Assembly: GCF_031769215.1 (NCBI RefSeq)
Contig: NW_026782949.1
Coordinates: forward strand, 1 to 64,000
Direction: 5' to 3'
Source: Ylistrum balloti
Taxonomy: Eukaryota
Length of the DNA: 64,000 nt
Part shown: positions 50,970 through 62,200 of the stretch, piece after piece
Layout of the letters: each line of letters starts with the position of its first letter
Numbering within the stretch: the first letter of the stretch is position 1
The notes under the pieces: model-generated
The model's database searches: none
What the model was told of the DNA's origin: nothing
What the model saw: only the letters and a program-made list of their open reading frames with translations
Program-made: the position numbers and the translations under genes

Positions 50970-51862
50970 TCTCGTAGATTACAAATGCAATTTAGTCTGT
51001 TATATCCAACTGTCAGCCATTATATTATCTTGGGAGCTCGAGTTCTGAATCTTCGTATTTAACATCTTTTGAGCTTGAGGTTTAAAAATAAATCACTTTG
51101 AAACACATTTTAAGGCTTTTCTTTTTTGTGTATTTTCTAAAACACAACGGTTTATCTGAGAATAGGTGATATACTTCACAATGTGTTATACGCACTATTT
51201 AATGTAACTTTGTTTGGTAACCTTGGCGACACATTCAAGCTTTGATGTTTGATTCACGGAGGGTTGATAATACCAAGAATAAAGGATTTTGTGTGGGTAT
51301 TATCGACCCACCTCCTTTCAAGGTCAGACGTTTTCAAACCAACTAATTTTCATTTGTAACTTAAAAACAATATTTGTACTATAGTGGTTTATGCAAACAT
51401 GAACAAACTATCTTTTAAATAATTGTAAAAGGGCCCACACGGTAATAGTTACCCGTTAACCCCCTCCGTAACGCCGACGTTGATCCAGACTTTCGCCGCT
51501 ACTCAACTTCGATCTAGGTTATTTCTGTGCAATTCAAAGCTCAAGACAAACTAATATAAAGACGAAAGATATTCCGAAAAAGTGTTTCTCGGCTATGTTG
51601 GGTGTTTGACAGGCATTGCAATGACCATGTGAATTTTAATGAAGCTTTTATGTGGGAAATGGTCGATAACACCATAATTTGCTCTAGTAAGTCTGTTATG
51701 TTTATGATTGTACTGGTCTGGGAATTTGGGGGAAGGGCGATAACTCTGTGAGTCACTTGCTGAACTCTTCAGAGTGTGAAGAGGGAAAAAGAAAAAGGAG
51801 AATACACGTGGTGTTGAGAACAAATGATGATTTTTTTTTATTTATGTGAAGTCGACACAACA

Positions 51863-51873
51863 TGGTGGAGAAT
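51863..51873 (+). other. Primer-binding site, tRNA-Ala-like
   Basis: TGGTGGAGAAT immediately after an ACA LTR end, complementary to the recalled tRNA-Ala 3' end (..ATTCTCCACCA). Confidence 0.6.
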
Positions 51874-52074
51874 CCAAACTGAGTCAGTATATTTCCCCAT
51901 TTATGTGTTTATGTTAGACTACCTGATTTATTGAGGTAAATGTTCATATCGGACGGTGTTTGCCCCTTTGAATGTTGCCAATTGTTTCGTCCCAGTATCA
52001 CCAGATCACTGAGTATAGTGTGAACATACATCCGACTGCCAATTTTCTGACTTTTGTTCTTTATCGCTGTCTTA

Positions 52075-52586
52075 ATGAACAGCAGGTGTATTTTACTAAG
52101 CGATTCCAGATTCGCTGGAGTTGGATAGAAGCCACAAACTATACATAATCTGTGTAGGTATTAATGACATACCAGATGATATCGGCAACTATTCCATCTG
52201 TGGGCGAAACACATGCTTTAGTTCTATAACTAAAACCATTTCGGACATTGAAAGTGAAATTCTCTGCCAAAATCCAACAGCTCTCATCTTATTTGGCACA
52301 ATCCCCCCCAAAAATTTACAATCTACAATCTACTGTAACAACAAACCATCAACAGTCATTTGAGGATTTTGTATCAAGACTTAATGCATTTATTGGTGAA
52401 TTTAATTGTGCCCATACAGGAGTTCATTTACCCCTCCATACACAGCTGCACATTCATCGGTCACGTGGTAGAACGTCCCATTTTTCCTATTATAACCTGT
52501 ATGATGGTATTCATCCACGACACTGTCTACCAAGACTTTGGGAGGTGAAAGTGTTGGAGGTTTATCACAGATTGTTGAACATTTAA
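52075..52586 (+). pseudogene. SGNH/GDSL hydrolase (esterase)-like ORF, degraded
   Basis: Block I MNSRCILLSDSR (52075), block III YIICVGIND (~52157), block V LYDGIHP (52503-52517). Block II deleted, two frameshifts. Confidence 0.7.
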
Positions 52587-52800
52587 AGTGTTGAAAGCCC
52601 ACAGGCCGACATAGGTTGCAAGCCCACCACCCATCAGTAATTGTTCTTGAGTATGTGTTTGAATTGTTTACACAGAGCAGTTAAATGTTGAAAGCCCACC
52701 GGCCGACATAGCTCTATGTACAGGCACTGCAGTTGTTATTATGTTTTAAGATTTAACAGACCAACAATATAATGCAACAAATGTAACGTCAACATTTGTC

Positions 52801-54040
52801 ATGAGCTGAATATCTCCAGAACCTATTATTGACTCAGATGTTGATAATGATACAGACACAAATGATATAGACACATGTGGTATTCTTGATGATGATTTTT
52901 TAGACCAACATCAACTTTCTATTGACCCCCATACCAATTCTGACATTACATCTGTATTTTGCAATCCTCAATCATTTTCAAGTGTCTTTACAAGTGACAA
53001 TTTCTCAGATGTTTCACTGTCAGACCTACATGGGTTACATTTCTCAGCAGACAATTTTTATGACACTTCCTGTCCTGACCTAAATGAACATACTTCTTTA
53101 AATTCTTTGAGTTTCAGTATGGCAAAGTCAATACCTTGTTAAAAATTCACTGGGTATCCCCATGAAAATGGAGAAAAGTTTCTAAATGAATTTGATTCCT
53201 TCGCTACATTGATAAATGTTGATTCCTCTCCATGGAAGATAGCCGCGTTTCATCTTCATTAACAAGGCCCGGCCCTTACTTGGTGTAATAATCTTATCAA
53301 AACAGAAAGCAACCTGGGATACAGTGTTGGAAGCATTTAAGAACAGATTCCTCACACTAGACTGGCAGAATCCCCACATGCTCTCTGAAAGTGCCAATTT
53401 CCAAGCTTTGAGACTCCTTCCAGGACAACCAATAGAGGATTTCTATGGCCTTGTTCTTGAAAAGGGCAAAATGATGAACAAGTCAGAAAATGAACTAATG
53501 GCTAAATTTATAACTGGCTTGCCAACGGAGTTAGCAGTGTATGTTGGCACTGGTTCTCCAACAACTTTAGACCAGGCATTATCCAAAGCAAAAATGGCGG
53601 AGAGTTGTGGAGCAAGGGCGGACAACCCAGTTTGTGCTGTTACATCACCAAAACCACGTCCATCTGAAATAGAAGAACTTAAAATTCAAGTTAAATCCTT
53701 AACAGAAATGGTGTCAGTGTTAACCATGGAGAAGCGGACACATTCCCAGCCACGTCTACCTCATGCAGCTAGAACTCATAGTTCAAATCAGGATGATCAG
53801 AGGGAATGTTTTACCTGCTATGGTATTGGCCACCTACGTAGACAATGCAACTGGACTGGAGTTGGTGAGTCCGCCTCTGGCATTCAGTGTCAGATCTGCT
53901 TTCAGTTTGGGCACCCAGCGTTCCAGTGCCGCCAATTCCTGCCACCTCAGCAACGGCCCTTTTCTCACAGTGACCATCACCGGGGAAACTACAACAACCT
54001 GAGGAGAGATCGACTCAGCTCCTCAGGACCCCGAAAGTAA
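52801..54040 (+). pseudogene. Gypsy gag with acidic N-terminal extension and two zinc knuckles
   Basis: D/S-rich segment 52801-53120, a capsid-like region with stops, CFTCYGIGHLRRQC and CQICFQFGHPAFQC. Confidence 0.75.
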
Positions 54041-55939
54041 ATACAGCCAATATGGGGTCAACCTCTAACGATGTAGAGCATCATGCTGCGTCTTCCACAA
54101 CCAGACCACAATTTCTTTTCCTTCCTGTAACTATCAATAACATTAAAATTTCAGAGCTTTTGGACACGGGCAGCTCCTTAAATATTATCAGTGAGGATTT
54201 CTTTTCACATATACCTGAAACATTTAAATTTGCATTTGAAATCTCTGAAAATAGTGAAGTAACTCTTGCAAACAATCAGGCTATAACTCTCATTGGTACA
54301 GCAACTATTCGTGTGAATGTGTTGGGCAACACCCACAATATACCAGTTCACATCTTGGCATCAACATCTCATCCTTTGATTTTAGGAACTGACTATTTAC
54401 AAGAAAAAGGTGTTATCCTAGACTTTTCTCAGCATTCCTATTCATTTGGACAATATTCTGTCAGATGCCTACATAGAACCACTATACCTGAAAATTCAGA
54501 AATGGTAATTTGGGGAAAAGTTCCTAACCACGTACTGTATTAATCCCAGGGAATTTGTACAGGTTGTACATATAGTTCCCACCAGCATCTTTTGATTGCG
54601 ATGACGTTAGTGACAGTTTCTCGTGAAAACTCTGTTCCAATCAAAATTATGAACTTTTCTTGAGGGAAAGACTCTAGCTCACTTTACTTACACATCAATA
54701 GATGATGAGAGTTCTCGGTTATCAGATAATTTTGTTCAAAATATCCGGTTAACCTCCACTAAGGACAACAAATCAGAGAGTTACTTTTCCCACTTTGATA
54801 TGCCTGATCATTTGTCTCCACAAGACCAGTCACAGCTCAAAGCTCTCTTATGGAAACATAACTGTTTGTTACTGCTGATTCACCTGATTTAGGTTACACC
54901 GATGTTGTCACTCACAGGATAATCTTAAAGCCGGATGCCAAACGTACTGTATGAATCCCAGGGAATTTGTACAGGTTGTAATCTTAAAGCCGGATGCCAA
55001 ACCAAAACATCAATCACCATACAGACTTTCCCCTGACAAAAGAGAAGTTTTACGGCACCAGCTGGATGAACTCTTGCACCAAGAAATCATAGCACCAGTT
55101 AATGAGGCAGAGGAAATTATTATAACAAGCCCTGTGGTTCTTGTTTCAAAGCGAGGTAAAGGCAGTAAACCTACGAAACCAATCACTAAGGATTCAAGTC
55201 TTTCACAATTTCGTTTTTGCGTTGATTTCAGATTTGGAAACAAATTAGAAAGGGAAGTATTTTCAGATTTTTTTCAAATGATGGATCCATGCTTCCAAAA
55301 GACAATCACAGAAATTCATGAAAATTATCCACTGAATCATCACATTTTCAAAATGCTTCAGTCCTCTTACCAAAACATCATTTTAATTATTTATTTAGAA
55401 TAACTTTAGGATAACAGTTTAGAAGTTGAAAATTTCGAGTCAGTAATTCCTCCTTCTGTATCAGAAGAGGATGATGCAGTCATCTTTAAAGCCAGTGTAA
55501 GTGAACTATTTTTCATCTAACCAGACTCAAGTGTAGAGTAATCATCATGTTCTGTTTTCTCAAAAAAAATATTGTTTACAATTTGTCAGGATGTGACAAT
55601 CTGTAGCTGAATGAAAGATAGATCAATATCAAATATTCGGAATCAAGCTTAAATATAATACACACTGTCAGTAATAGTATAAACCTTAGTTATTATAGGC
55701 ATATTAGTCAAAGCAAAACTTCTTAAACATGCTTTCTAGCTCACCAGAACTTGGTCCTTTTAGCATAGAAAATTTATTTTAAAAAGTTGATATTGTTTCT
55801 GATTAATGTCAAGATATGTGTCATGTTGAAACTATGAAGCTACAAGTGAGTTCTGTACTATGTTATATTGACAACTTTCTTCCCTTACGCGAGATATTAT
55901 TGGTTGCTGACAAAAGCAATAACAACGTCATCACCCAGC

Positions 55940-56970
55940 AAGCAACCCTTACAAACAACAGAAAAAGTGACAAACTCCATTCCTGCATGTATTGCTGCCG
56001 AATGTATGCCCGTATATCACGACATTATACCCGAGTACATTCAAATGTTGCCAAGGTATTAGCCCTGTTTGAAAAGTCGAAAGCAAGGAAAAGCCTGTGG
56101 GCTGAAATCGTCAACGGAGGTGCTTCAATCACAATATCGGTATCATGAAAAACCAACAAGGAATGGTAATACCTAAATATCGACCAAGGACAAACCAGAA
56201 TTGCATGACTAAATATGTTCCCTGCAAGTATTGTTTAGGCATGCTTGTTCCAACCTATCATTGGAAACATACTAGAAGCTGCAAAAGCAGAGATGATCCC
56301 CAGAAAGCAAAAGCATGGTACAGAGAAATGGTGAATAGTGGAAAACTGTTATAAATCACCAGCTGTTTGACAACATTCTTACAAAAATGAAGAATGATGC
56401 CATCACAAGGGCTGCGGAGAATAATGACCTGATTTTACTTTTCGGTGAGAGACTATATAACAAAAACGGACATAATTTCCATCAACATCAATATATTTCA
56501 CAACGCATGAGGGAACTTAGACGATTCCTAATTCAGATGAGAAAGATGTTTCCGTCAGAATCACTCCTGCTCTATTCTTGCCTTCTGCCTGGCAACTGGG
56601 ATAAGCTTCTGAAGGGATTGAAGCAAGTTGCAGGCTATAACGAAGAAACTCATGTTTATGACATTGCTTCTCCCCATTCAAACTAGGACACAGTTTTAGC
56701 AACTGCAGAAGGATTCCTTGAGCTGTATGAATCGGAATGGGCAGAAAATATTTCATCACATGCCTTAACCACATTGCTTAATTCTAAGTTCAACAAACCC
56801 CAGTATGTCCTACTGGCTGAAGATGAGAAAAGGCTAACAATTTATCTGAAGAAAAGAGCTGACGACTTAAAGAGAGTGTTGACTCCAAAGGCCTAGATGA
56901 CTTGGCAGACGTTGTACAAGCACAATTAATCCTTTTCAACAGAAAAAGATGTGGGGAAACCCAAAGGATT
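55940..56970 (+). mobile_element. Crypton-like tyrosine-recombinase-family protein fragment (degraded)
   Basis: CMYC..ISRHY..H, YVPCKYCLG..WKH..C, LILLFGERL, YISQRMREL, ALTTL..KFNKP, and LILFNRKRCGE (YR first-Arg-like motif). Frameshifted. Family assignment is from memory. Confidence 0.5.
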
Positions 56971-57711
56971 TTCTATCCCTATGCAGTCATTTGAGGGGGC
57001 GGGATGTTATATATACAAACTATATGAGATGGTCAAGTTGCTAAATATATATTGAATACTTTTAATAGTTAAATTGTACCTGAAGAGTTATTTCCCTTAC
57101 CATTTAATTCCGGATATTTCATTTCGTATCCTTTTTCATTTAATTATAATTTACTTTTTCTGGATTTTTAGTTTCTTATATTATGTATTTTTTGGTCATA
57201 AGGAAGTTTGAAAAAATATTGAAGTTTGAGAAGCTTTGGTTTTGAATGTTTTCCTGTACTGCACAGATGGGGGAATATGTAGCCCAGTGCATATATATAT
57301 TAGTAATGATACCTATATTATATGTGGCACCCTGTTAAATATTATTAATACCTCATCGTTTTTACTTTCAGTGATGTGTACTATATGATAGTCAGGTATA
57401 CTGCGTGGTCATGTGTACGTTGAGAGTATCCCTTGCTTTGATTTGTTATGTTGTACGGGTGATGTGCCGTTGCTACTCATTGTGTCACGTCTGCGTCGGT
57501 TGTATGTGTGAGTAAATATATGTATATTGCCCTGATACGAACGGATAACAAATAGCTGAGAATACTGATTAGGATTGTTGTCAAATCACGGTTTCAGTCC
57601 AATCATTATATAGTATTCGTCAACCCAAAATATGCATTGTACTATGGTCGTGCTCGATTCACTGGAACTGGTGCGAATCGAATGCGCTGGAACGGGAAGT
57701 GTATTTCCAAT

Positions 57712-59246
57712 ATGGCGACCAACGCCGTAACTTCTGTGTTGTCAGCTTTAGAAATGGATGAAGACGATGATAATTTCAAAGTAGATGAATTAGTAGGTGT
57801 GGCAATGGCTGCATATTGTGCTTGCTGGTAAGTTTCATTCACTGTGTCGTAAGTGAATCAAACTAGATTGTTTTTCGTCCTATCTAAGATAGTACGTTGC
57901 ATCTTCCCGTTGTCGACACACAACATTTCTATCACGCTAGAACCACCAGCAACATGATTTTTCTGACAGACAATTAAACGACACGCAGTGTTCGGACTAC
58001 AAAAAGAGATAATTTACAATTTTCACATGTGGCATTTACATGATATTCTAATAAAATTTATTTATTTATCCCAAAACGCAGGGCTACCATACATAAATAA
58101 TAATCAATAGATTCTTGATTGATATTCATCAGTCTCCATATATTATATCACTACACACTTCATAAAAATTTTGATACAGATTCAGGGCGTTGTGTTTATT
58201 GTAAAGTTAAGTTGATTTTTTTTTATTTCAATTTCAGTGTTGTGAGAGAGCCAAGGTCAAGGATTTTGAATTATGCTGATACTGTAATACCAGAGTACAA
58301 CGAGACAGAGTTTCGACGAATGTTTCGTTTGTCTCGAGAAACCTTTCAGAAAATGAGTAGCTATCTTAAAGATTGCCCGGAGCTAGTAGTTGGTGGAACT
58401 GGTGCACAAGAGCCTATTGCAGTTGAAAAACAGTTATATGTGACATTGTGGTACCTTGGTGGTTCAGATAGCATAATTAAAATAGCTGACAGATTTGGGA
58501 TATCCGAGTCATCAGTGGTTTTATGTAGAAGACGGATTATTGATGCAATATTGAAAAATTTAAAACGCAAATTTATTTCTTGGCCGAAAAATCAATCTAT
58601 GCAGGAAACTGTGGACAAATTTGAACAACGTAATGGATTTCCAGGCATTGAAGGCTCCCTGGATGGAACTCATATTCCAATACGTGCACCAAAAGAGAAT
58701 GCTCAGACATATGTCAACAGGAAAAGGTTCCATTCTCTTCACCTTCAGGCTGAGTGTAATTCAGAAATGATCTTCACAGATTGTTTTGCAGGATACCCTG
58801 GTAGCTGCCACGATGCAAGGGTGTTGCGCAATTCTGACCTGTGGGAGAATGGTTTATTATTGTGTAACGGCAATCATATAATTGCTGATGGCGCTTATCC
58901 CCTTCGTAGATGGCTCTTGACACCATTTAGAGATAATGGACATCTCGCATATCAACAAAAGAATTTCAATTACATGCTGTCTGCAAACAGAGTTGTGATA
59001 GAAAGAGCATTCGGCTTACTGAAAGGCAGATTTAGGCGACTAAATTATCTGGATACTCAAAGTATTAAAACTGCGGTGAAAATAATAATGGTATCATGTG
59101 TTTTGCATAACATTTGTTTAATCCACAACGATGAATATGATGATTACTTGGAAATAGATCCAGCACTAGACTGTCCCCAACAACAAGCCATGCATATGCA
59201 TGAAAATGACAATAAACAGGGTTCGACACTAGCGGTAGCCCGGTAG
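57712..59246 (+). CDS. PIF/Harbinger (HARBI1-like, DDE_Tnp_4) transposase, 2 exons, C-terminus replaced by hAT insertion
   Basis: Exon 57712-57827 (GT donor) joins exon 58238- in phase. Motifs SLDGTH, GSCHDARV, IADGAYP and VIERAFGLLKGRFRRL are intact. Native sequence ends at 59216. Confidence 0.9.
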
Positions 59247-62200
59247 CCCGGGGCTACCAAAATAACTGACGGGCTACCAAAGATCCCATACCCAGTAGCC
59301 CGGCGGGCTACCAAATCTTTTAAAATATACCAATTCAGTATACCCACATTTATTTAACGAATTCGTCCGTGTTTGGTCGTCAAAACTAAATCTAAATGTA
59401 GAACCATCCCGTTCACATTATTTACGTCTTGCGTCATTTCAAGCGTGTTTTGGAGTATCTCACAGCGTCATTCGGGCGTTTGAATTTCTAGCTATCTTCC
59501 GCTGAGCACGGAAAGCGCTAGATTGACAGCGAGAACTTCTGACATTTCCAATCATGGCTTCCATGTGGCGGTGGCTGGACGGCACCCCTCCTCCTAAGAA
59601 GCTAAAGAAGACGAAGACGTCACCAGAGGAAAGCGTCACAAAAAAGGCATTGCAATATGAAGCGGTCAGACAGAGGACTTTCCAGTCGAACTGGAAAATT
59701 AACTATAATTGGTTAATTTTTCATGACGGGAAAATGTACTGTCGGGTATGTCAAAAGTACGACAGTAGCAATAGTAATAATTTCGTGAAAGGGACAAATA
59801 ATTTCAGGCTTGATCCAATAAAAAAACACGACCAGTCAGACAGTCACCGTAGGTCAGTTTTGAAGGAAAAGGCAGTTACATCAATGCCAGGAACATCAAA
59901 AGCTGAAAAAACACTTGTGATGATGAACAAGGCTGCAGTGGGGAAATTATGTACATTGTTTAGAAACGCTCATTTTGTAGCAAAGTCAAGAAGGCCTTTC
60001 ACAGACTTTGTTAAGTTGTGTGACTTGGATCAGGCCAAGGGTACTCAGATAGGAAACGCATACAGGACAGATAAATACTGCCAACATTTCATAGCTGCCA
60101 TTGCTGACACTCGCAGACATGAGCAGAAGGAACTGGTGGAGAAAGCCCCTTTCCTTAGTATTATTTCTGATGGAGCCACAGACTGTGCATCAAAGGAAAC
60201 AGAAATAGTCTACCTACGGTCATCGTTCATGTGCAAGGTATTCATTTATATTTTCACGATGTCTTTCGCCCAGTTTGAAATTCCAGATGATCACGTGATG
60301 TACTTGCAAATTTTGACTGTCTCCTATCAAAACAATACATGCTTGTTTCCAAGCTGAGAATGTAAAGTTTGAACATAATGCTAATCTTTGACATTTTTGC
60401 ATATATCAGATGTTGTAATTATGAAAATAGTCCATTAAGTACTTCAATGTTTACCACAAAACAGTTAGTTAAAGAAAATGACCAAAGTTTAATGATTTAG
60501 TAACTTTAATTTCTTGTCTTACTTATGACCAATTATTATCTTGATAATTCTAAAAAAAAAAAAGAATCACTTCTTTTGTCTCTTAATATAGGTATCTACC
60601 TTCTTTGCTGGTCTGAAACATGTAGGAAAAGCCGATGCACCTAACATCACGAGGGCAATTTCTTCCTTATTAGATAGGAGGTTTGGGGACTCATGGAGAA
60701 AAAAAATTGTGGCAATGGGTACGGATGGTGCGTCAGTTATGTTGGGGAAGAAAAGTGGTGTAGTGGTCAGGATGGCGGAGGAAACAGAACGACCATATTT
60801 GAAAGCCATACATTGTTCTGCTCATAGGCAAGTGCAAATAATTGATCATTGAATTTTAAAAGAATTGTATAGTAAGTCTCTCAGTATACATAAGGTAGCT
60901 TCAAGTAATCTGCAGTCTTTGTGATCAATGTTATTTTTATGGAATATAAAAAAAAGGAATAGATTTTTTTACAGATCTGAACTACTTTTGCAACTTTGAA
61001 AGTTTGTTTATACAAAATATAGTTTCCTTTCTTTTTTGACCTTAGGTTAGAGTTGGCATATAAGGACTCCATCAAAGACATCCCAATACATCAAAAGTGT
61101 GAGCTTCTCCTGACCAACTTGTATTTATTTTACAAGTGAGTAGTTAATTATAACTGGCTTAAAATAATAGACATTACTTTTTGAGTGTAGAATAAAGTAA
61201 TTATACCAATTGTAACAGTTACCATAGGTACATTCATAGTAAGTACTGCAGTACCACATGATGATTGAATCTGATTTTCATTTCAAAAACATGCTACCCA
61301 AAGGTGTGATTAAAAGTGTTACACCTGCTAAATCATAACCACTTGGCCACATGTCCCTTAATTTTATAAGCTAGCAATGCTGCATGTACAGTCTAGTATT
61401 TTGATTTTGTATAAATGATTTCATAACGTTCTCCTCTTCTGACTGTTTTTTTCCAGATACAGCCCTTTAAACAGGAGCAATTTGAAACTGGCTGCCGAGT
61501 CAATTGGGAAAAAAGCCTATGTACCATCACGCACAGGAGGGACCAGGTGGTTACCGCACACTAAACGTGCTTTGCAGAATTTTAAAGCTGGATCAGAAAG
61601 CATTGTCCTTCATCTTGAGCAGGTAATTATGATCACACCTATCTTACAAAGGTGTTGTCTGTCATCAAAGTCTGCTATTTCTTGTATTATGTTCCAGGAA
61701 CAGTTCATTATGTAGGGTAAGATTTTAAGTTAGATTAGTAGTTGAATATGTAATTACATGTGGTATATTATAATTATGTCTAAGATGGAAAGATTGAAAA
61801 CTATCTACAACTGTTGTTCATTCTTTTAGTCATATTCCTATAATGAAATAATTATATTCATGTTGTCTTGACTTTGTAAAATGACCTTAGCTGTTGAATG
61901 ATAAGACTAAAGTCCCATAAATTAAACTAATGATAATGTGTCAATTGAAATCACAGATGCAACAAAATCCATCCAAGGAAGCTAGTGCCAAAGCCCGCAA
62001 CTTCCTGAAAGTGATAAAGGAAAAGCAAACAGACTACTGGATGCATCTCATGATGGATGTAGTAAACACCCTCAGCTACCTTTCACAGGCCATACAGGAA
62101 AGGGAGAGCACAACCGCGGATATAACCATGGAAATAGAATGTGTCCTTTTAACACTGAAAAAGTACAAAACAAGGTACTTGATCCTTGACAGTGTCTTGC

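Larger units (their letters stand above)
51424..55240 (+). mobile_element. Second Gypsy LTR retrotransposon, 3'-truncated: 5' LTR candidate, PBS, SGNH ORF, gag, protease, RT start
   Basis: ..CAACA|TGGTGGAGAAT PBS-like at 51863. gag KFTGYPHENGEKFLNEFDSF..AFHLH*QGPA with two CCHC knuckles, protease LLDTGSS, RT start SPYRLSP..SPVVLV..RFCVDFR breaking off near 55240. LTR start (51424 TGTAAAAGGG) is a guess. Confidence 0.85.

Noticed and set aside
50640-51862. Pairing the LTR at 50640-50969 with the second Gypsy
   Set aside because: It follows the first element's PPT. The second element's PBS lies ~900 bp later, behind a different LTR-like end with no visible similarity.
57255-57550. Possible solo LTR (TGTAC...ACA)
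   Set aside because: No matching target-site duplication and no second copy in the window.
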